DNA from: a virus
Taxonomy: Duplodnaviria; Caudoviricetes
Strand: one strand, 5' to 3'
IMG/VR virus record: IMGVR_UViG_3300027971_000004
Location: 1-59,567 of that record
DNA: 59,567 bases
Of this stretch, positions 54,345 to 59,567 are shown in pieces. Each line of letters begins with the position of its first letter. Within the stretch, counting starts at the first letter, position 1. The translations under genes and the position numbers were made by a program. Under the pieces are notes generated by a model. It was not told the origin of the DNA. It worked only from the letters and a program-made list of their open reading frames with translations, and made no database searches.

Positions 54345-55028
54345 TCAACGCAAACGAAGAAGCCTGATCGCCTCTTCTGGCGTCATTGATCCCGTACCAG
54401 GAACATAACCTTCCCGCGGGCGAACGGGACCGTCGAAAACCCCAAACGTGCCATCCGGCATCAGCCCAATGTTCCCCTCGTCGTAATCCAGCCAGTGGTG
54501 TCCGCGCGCCCACAGGCTCTGCTCAACATCATGCGCCCTGTCGGTCCACCACTCCCAGTGGCCGTGCCCTTCTGGGCGCCACTTGTCAGCATAGGTCTTA
54601 GCAGCGCGAGGCTGCACTCCAAACGCGACCCCACCTTCAGCCCCCTTGGAGGCGTACGGAACGACGCCTGGGACATCGGGTAGTTCGTACAGCTTTGGGT
54701 CGTAACCGACTTTAAACACGTACCGCTGATCGCCAAATGACGGGAGGGCCTCAAACACCACACTGTCTTGGCCTGACCCAATGGTGTCACCGAGCGTCAG
54801 CCTGTTATCCTTCAAAAATTCGTTGACTCTGTTCCAGTCTTCTGGAGAAGTGTCGGTGTGTCGCAGCAGGTGGTCGGCCAGCATGGCGTGCTGCGAATTG
54901 CGTTTTGCTTCAACCAACCGCTCTGCGACCATGCTGCGCCACGCCGGTTCACCGTGGTAGGCCCTAATGACAGAGCGAACGGCATCGCCTGCTTCGTCCG
55001 CGTGCTGGGCGAATTGGCGTGGGTTCAT
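54345..55028 (-). CDS. Protein-kinase-like effector
   Basis: IGSGQDSVVF (Gly loop), VFKV, WLDYDEGN (catalytic loop), VFDG. Confidence 0.65.
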   Translation of the reverse strand: MNPRQFAQHADEAGDAVRSVIRAYHGEPAWRSMVAERLVEAKRNSQHAMLADHLLRHTDTSPEDWNRVNEFLKDNRLTLGDTIGSGQDSVVFEALPSFGDQRYVFKVGYDPKLYELPDVPGVVPYASKGAEGGVAFGVQPRAAKTYADKWRPEGHGHWEWWTDRAHDVEQSLWARGHHWLDYDEGNIGLMPDGTFGVFDGPVRPREGYVPGTGSMTPEEAIRLLRLR

Positions 55029-55771
55029 TTGTATTCGATCCTGAGCCGCGGAGCCTCTGGAGAGTTTCGCAGCCGGCGAATGACTTCTCCTGCATCATCC
55101 ACCAGTTGCGTTGTGGCACCCCTGCCATAGGCCGCTTGGTCTGCCGCACGGCCTACGGCACGCATAACGTCATCGGCCTTGGAGAGTCCCTTGGCGCCAA
55201 GTTTCGCTGCGGCGAACGGCATGGCTGGAGCGACGAACGCCATCGGGCCACGCACGGGAGCGGCAAGGTAAGTTTCTGGGTCAGTCCCAAAGTCAAAAGC
55301 CATGATGCTTGCTTCGGGCACGCCGTTCTTCCTAGCCACTGGTCGCCAGTCATCGGGTGATCCTGGAGTTCCTGCGGCGGCTGGCGTGTATAGGGCTGAA
55401 GGAAGTGCGCGTGCGGCAAGCGATGCAGCGTCTGAGTAGTTGCCCTGATACGCCTCCTGTGCGGCGCGAAGACCGGTGTCCCTTACTCGCTGCCCCATAG
55501 CCAGGGCGTAGTCCGCAGCCGCCTTCTCGTCATCCCACGCCTCAGTTCCCATGCGTGGATAGAACGAGTTCGCCGCCATGTTCATCCGCAGTTCGCGCGG
55601 GTCATAGGTCGTACCGCGTGCATCGTCATAGATGGCGGTGTCATTCATGCCGCGCAGGGCCTTGTACAGCGGCTGGGACTTGGTTCTCTCCCACTCGGAT
55701 CGCTGGATGGCCTGATCCCTCGCCTCGGATTCCGGAGAACCCTGCATCCATTCGTACCAGGAGTCAGCCAT
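55025..55771 (-). CDS. Hypothetical Ala-rich protein
   Basis: 248 aa, coupled at both ends. Confidence 0.7.
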   Translation of the reverse strand: MADSWYEWMQGSPESEARDQAIQRSEWERTKSQPLYKALRGMNDTAIYDDARGTTYDPRELRMNMAANSFYPRMGTEAWDDEKAAADYALAMGQRVRDTGLRAAQEAYQGNYSDAASLAARALPSALYTPAAAGTPGSPDDWRPVARKNGVPEASIMAFDFGTDPETYLAAPVRGPMAFVAPAMPFAAAKLGAKGLSKADDVMRAVGRAADQAAYGRGATTQLVDDAGEVIRRLRNSPEAPRLRIEYK

Positions 55772-57483
55772 TACTTGTTGAGCCTTTCGATAAGGTCATC
55801 GTCCGACATCATTGGGGCAGCCACTGCGGCACCAATGCCTTGGGTGAGGATGCGCCTTCGCATCTCGTCGGACATGATGTACCGCCTCCCGGCCTCGCCG
55901 GCACCTTGGCGAGTTAGTTTCCCAACCGAATCCAGCTGTTCTCGCAATGCAAAGTTGTGCATTGCCCTTGCGTTATGGGGCGCAAGGTACAGGGCTTGGC
56001 TTGTGATGCGCTGGGCCGCCTCCGGGGAAAGCCCAAGGGCATTCAAATACTCATACATCTCTTGCGGGGTTCCGCCATCGGCCTGAGACACTGGGTGCGA
56101 ACCGCCGAAACGGTCGTACGTGAGCGCCTGCTGCGCCGGAGGCAGGCTGTCGTACCGCATGCCGCTGTACAGCCTCCAGAAGTTAGGCCCCAAATGTTCG
56201 TCGCCAGTGGCGGCACGCATTTGATCGCGAAAAGGTTGATGAGTTTCGTACTGGGGACTTTCTTCTGCGATCCTTGCAACTGGCGAATTGCTCTCATCCA
56301 CCGTTAACCCGCCCATCTTTCTGCCCAATCTCTCCAGTGCGCCTGGAACAACCTTCCCGTAGAAGTGTTCGTAGTTGTCGATGTTGCCGCCGACCTTGTC
56401 AGCGATTGACCTGGGAGAGGCGACCTCAATTGCGCGGTGACCTTTTTGCGCCGCCTCTAGGGCGAGTCGCTTGATCAGAAGGTCTGCCCAAGAATCCTCC
56501 AGCGGAAAGTGAATGCCCTGCGACTTGGGGTCGTTGGACCACTGCCACTCGCCGTCATCGCCCATCTGCATGACATAGCCCTGTCCCTGGACGCGATCCA
56601 GATAGGCAGAGTCAGACTCGCTCGGCAGTTGCGCTGGTGGGCGTTGATGGTTGGCGATAGCTTCTCGGACCTTGCGGTTATGAATCCCTAAGTCAGACTG
56701 CAGTTCGTTTATCCGCAATGCATCGCCGTGAGTGTCGTAGCGTGCGTGAGCAACTGCGTTGGAGTCTATGTCTGACCAGTGAGAGCCAAACTCTGCGTTC
56801 TCTCGCATTGGCTGGCTGAGAAGCATTTCTGTGTAGTTTTTCCCGCCCTGGCCGTAGTTTCCATACTTGGGGCCAGAAACTATCTCGCCACTGCCGATGG
56901 GCTTTGGCCCCACGGGGGAAGACTTGGAAAACCAATCCCGCACATCATTCTCGCTGGGGGGCGTGCTGTGAGTCCTTGCGCGCTCTCCTGGCCGGGGAAC
57001 GCCTTGCGCGTCCGAGGATATGACGGTGACCCCCCATTCCCAGGGCGATTCTTCGCTGCGGTTAAATCCCAGGACCTTGTCGTAATCGCCGTAGCTGCTG
57101 ATTACAGAGCCAGGCGTATAGTATCGCTGGGCAAGGTCTGCCATGCCGCCCGCAGTTGTCGGGTATCGGTTACCCGACTCCGCAAGCAAAAGCTCTTTGT
57201 GCGTGTAGACCGGGCTACGTTCCTTGACTCGCGATAGAAGCTCTTCTCTTGCAACCGCATCGCGGCCGGCGATCAGCGAATCAAAGTCAGCCGCCTTCAG
57301 CTCCCAGCCCGGGACCCCGTCCTTGTATCGCTTGAGAAGCCCAGGAAGTTCTTGCACCCGGACGTTAGCGGGCATCTGCTCAATCGCCCTCTCTAAGCGA
57401 GAGTAGATTCCCGGGCCAGGGTTGTAGGGTAAGTATCCCGCGATCTTGCGGACTGCGTCCCCGGCTTGATCAAAGGTCGCCAT
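55771..57483 (-). CDS. Polyvalent-protein-type virion protein (ExQSD domain)
   Basis: YSRLE, GVPGWEL, GGKNYTE, SHW...AHAR...INELQSD, with a small inserted domain. Confidence 0.6.
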   Translation of the reverse strand: MATFDQAGDAVRKIAGYLPYNPGPGIYSRLERAIEQMPANVRVQELPGLLKRYKDGVPGWELKAADFDSLIAGRDAVAREELLSRVKERSPVYTHKELLLAESGNRYPTTAGGMADLAQRYYTPGSVISSYGDYDKVLGFNRSEESPWEWGVTVISSDAQGVPRPGERARTHSTPPSENDVRDWFSKSSPVGPKPIGSGEIVSGPKYGNYGQGGKNYTEMLLSQPMRENAEFGSHWSDIDSNAVAHARYDTHGDALRINELQSDLGIHNRKVREAIANHQRPPAQLPSESDSAYLDRVQGQGYVMQMGDDGEWQWSNDPKSQGIHFPLEDSWADLLIKRLALEAAQKGHRAIEVASPRSIADKVGGNIDNYEHFYGKVVPGALERLGRKMGGLTVDESNSPVARIAEESPQYETHQPFRDQMRAATGDEHLGPNFWRLYSGMRYDSLPPAQQALTYDRFGGSHPVSQADGGTPQEMYEYLNALGLSPEAAQRITSQALYLAPHNARAMHNFALREQLDSVGKLTRQGAGEAGRRYIMSDEMRRRILTQGIGAAVAAPMMSDDDLIERLNK

Positions 57484-57750
57484 CTAGCACTTCCACGCGC
57501 GCAGGGACTTGTTGATCCGGCTATTCGGGTCGTTGGCGGTTTCTTTGCTGGTGAGCTTGTCCTTCATGCCCTGCATCCTGGCGCAGAATGAATCCCTGCG
57601 AGGGCCGCCTTCCGGCTGCGGAGCCTTGAGGTTCGCATCGTTTGCCCGGTTGTATGCAGCGCGCCCCTTGGCGTTCAGCCCACCGTCCGGGTCTTGGCCT
57701 TCCTTGCGCGTCCACAGGAGATTGCGGACCTTGTCGCCATCGGAGTCCAT
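57484..57750 (-). CDS. DUF6321-like small basic phage protein
   Basis: WTRKEG..GGLNAKGRA..NLK..RRDSFCARM.G...DPNSRINKSLRAWKC; start 57750 or 57756. Confidence 0.75.
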   Translation of the reverse strand: MDSDGDKVRNLLWTRKEGQDPDGGLNAKGRAAYNRANDANLKAPQPEGGPRRDSFCARMQGMKDKLTSKETANDPNSRINKSLRAWKC

Positions 57751-57752
57751 CG

Positions 57753-58046
57753 TCACCTCTTGTGATCTTCGTAGTGCTTGCGATACTTCTGGCGGGGAGA
57801 AGGCTGCTTTATCCCAGTTCTCACGCCAAAGAGAGTTTCGTAAGGCCCTGGCGATTCTCTGGGGTATTGTGCGGCCATGTCGGTTATTTGCCGTTCGATC
57901 CCGCCATGGTCAAGGCCGAGTCGCATGCTGTTGGCTTGTTCCGCCGCCATTGCCTCAGGCCATCCCATTGATAGCAGGCCGGTTCGCAAAACATTCGGAT
58001 CGCCACTGGCAATTAATCTGCGAACAAGCTCACCTTCCTTGTCCAT
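57753..58046 (-). CDS. Hypothetical protein
   Basis: GAGG RBS; coupled. Confidence 0.7.
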   Translation of the reverse strand: MDKEGELVRRLIASGDPNVLRTGLLSMGWPEAMAAEQANSMRLGLDHGGIERQITDMAAQYPRESPGPYETLFGVRTGIKQPSPRQKYRKHYEDHKR

Positions 58047-58088
58047 CAGTCCTCGTCCCTTTCCTCAAAGAGAAACCACCAGGGGTTG

Positions 58089-58463
58089 TCATCCATTGAG
58101 CAAGGACCTGATGATGTTGCCCTCTTGCTCCTTCTGGGCCATCTGGACACGCATGTTGGCTAGGTACTTCTCATGCTCCATGCGCCGCTTCTCACGCTCT
58201 TGGGCCACGCGAGAATCCATCTCGTCTGAGATGGCGGAGTTGATTGCACCAGCCGCTGCGGCGTGATTGGCCATGCCCTGCCGGTGCATGTCCATGGCAA
58301 ACCCAAGCCCGGGATGCCCGAAGGCACCGCCCTGTTCATCTTCCATGCGTTGCTCGCGGTCAGCCTTGGCGCGCTCCAGTCGCATCTGACGCTGCTCTTC
58401 AGCTTGACGCTTCTTGCCGCCGTCTTGGTTCCACGCATCTTCCAGCATGCCCGACATCGCCAT
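58089..58463 (-). CDS. Hypothetical coiled-coil protein
   Basis: Q/E/R/M-rich; follows a late-promoter motif. Confidence 0.7.
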   Translation of the reverse strand: MAMSGMLEDAWNQDGGKKRQAEEQRQMRLERAKADREQRMEDEQGGAFGHPGLGFAMDMHRQGMANHAAAAGAINSAISDEMDSRVAQEREKRRMEHEKYLANMRVQMAQKEQEGNIIRSLLNG

Positions 58464-58473
58464 ATTTCACCCC

Positions 58474-58896
58474 TTACTTGTTAGTGCCCTTCTTGGCACG
58501 CCTAATAGCCATATGTATAAGTGCCTTACCAGCAAGGCGCACAAACGGAAGTTTCCTCTTGGTCGCTTCCTCTTGGAGCCAGTCGCAGATTGTCTCTACG
58601 TTTTCCTCGCACCATGGGATGCCCTTTTCGTCCATGGCCTTGGCGCGAGCATTGCAGGAGCATGTTGCGGAAGCGGTGATCCCGATCTTGGAGAGGAGAG
58701 CCTTCATCTCCGTGCCGGGGCCAGAGCCTAGCTCAATTCCCCTCTTGTCCTGCGGGATTTTTGGGTACGCGGGATGGTCAACATCCACTGTCCATTGGTC
58801 GCCGTCTTGTGAGACAACACACGGCATAACTTCGTCCAAGATGTATCCGCGCTCGTCGCATCGGGCGAGCAAGTGCTTCTTGTGACAAGTAATCAC
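58474..58896 (-). CDS. Conserved-type phage protein (GPGTE...CxC...WC)
   Basis: GTGA overlap with the Cys-rich gene; motif recalled from planctomycete phage-like sequences. Confidence 0.7.
   Translation of the reverse strand: MITCHKKHLLARCDERGYILDEVMPCVVSQDGDQWTVDVDHPAYPKIPQDKRGIELGSGPGTEMKALLSKIGITASATCSCNARAKAMDEKGIPWCEENVETICDWLQEEATKRKLPFVRLAGKALIHMAIRRAKKGTNK
58475..58489 (-). promoter_or_regulatory. Putative late-promoter motif
   Basis: GGGCACTAACAAGTA. Confidence 0.55.
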
Positions 58897-59516
58897 GGCA
58901 ATGGATTCCCTGCGCTCAATGCGTCGTTGACCCCGAAACAAATAGTCAGGCTGTACCCTGAGCCGCCAAAGAGGTTATCTTGCGCGGCCACCGTAAATGT
59001 TCGCCCCACCTCCATGACCCATTTTCCTTCGCCCGCGCCACCAACAGTGTGCCCGCCGTTGCAGGTAGGCTGTGGATCGCAAAAAGACCAAGGGCCAGTT
59101 GGATACAGCCCGGCCTCAATCAGTGAGCCGTTAACAAGAAGGTCATCGTCTACGGTTCCGGTTATTCGTATTCGACAAGGAGTTGAAAACCCCGACGGAA
59201 CCGTCACCGTCCTTGTGTTTGTCACACCCCGATTGCAACAAACAGATGGGGGAACGGCGAAAGTTTCTGCCTTAGAGTCAGAAACGCTGACGCAATATCC
59301 TCCGCATGGGTCGGGAATGCACGGAATCCCGGCGCCAATAAACGTCCTGCCGTCCTCCTCGCAACTGGCCTGTGTCTCTTGATAGCAGCTGCCAAACACT
59401 GTGTCACAACAAGCACCAGGGCAGGGGTTTGGATCACAAGGGACTCCGTAGCCGAGCCAATCGCCGCCAAGTTCTGTGCAAGTCTCTTCGTCCGCTACCT
59501 GGGTGCAACCAAACAC
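58893..59516 (-). CDS. Cys-rich GACC-repeat protein, C-terminal 207 of 261 aa
   Basis: Two GACCD.VFG.C....C...G....G.G.PC.P.PC units followed by a beta domain. Confidence 0.85.
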   Translation of the reverse strand: MFGCTQVADEETCTELGGDWLGYGVPCDPNPCPGACCDTVFGSCYQETQASCEEDGRTFIGAGIPCIPDPCGGYCVSVSDSKAETFAVPPSVCCNRGVTNTRTVTVPSGFSTPCRIRITGTVDDDLLVNGSLIEAGLYPTGPWSFCDPQPTCNGGHTVGGAGEGKWVMEVGRTFTVAAQDNLFGGSGYSLTICFGVNDALSAGNPLP

Positions 59517-59567
59517 CGGATCGCAGCAAGCTCCACCGCACGGCGTGGATTGGCAAGTCCCGCTACA
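59517..59567. repeat. Terminal direct repeat, copy 2
   Basis: Identical to 1-51. Confidence 0.95.

Noticed and set aside
58046-58096. 16-aa ORF MDDNPWWFLFEERDED bridging two genes
   Set aside because: Overlaps both neighbours neatly but is too short to support from sequence alone.

Overview
This looks like a complete circular dsDNA phage genome of about 59,516 bp. Bases 1-51 are repeated at 59517-59567, and one Cys-rich gene runs through that junction. Layout: (i) 160-2000, a compositionally distinct probable terminus/first-injected region; (ii) 2027-9258 (+), an array of small early genes; (iii) 9400-10606, a serine recombinase overlapping a phage sigma factor head-on; (iv) 10557-14913 (-), a cassette of membrane proteins with two proteases (papain-like C1A and subtilisin S8) and no recognisable peptidoglycan hydrolase; (v) 14873-24006 (-), a replication/recombination module (exonuclease, ERF, SSB, split SF2 helicase, nucleases) with no recognisable polymerase or primase but a ~390-nt densely structured non-coding gap; (vi) a tyrosine integrase beside a tRNA-Arg-like 5' fragment; (vii) 24898-53289 (-), podovirus-type morphogenesis genes; (viii) 53448-59516 (-), a PAPS-reductase-family gene and six adjacent unrelated proteins sharing a D-x-x-G-[DE]-x-[VI]-R-x-[LI] terminal motif. 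A Planctomycetota host is inferred, not shown. Best leads: the shared-motif cargo cluster, a 17-nt hairpin insertion splitting the helicase (bypass-like), the candidate large ncRNA, the protease-only lysis cassette under a late-promoter motif, and CsrA-type GGA hairpins at replication-gene RBSs. All family calls are from motif recognition by eye; no searches were run.
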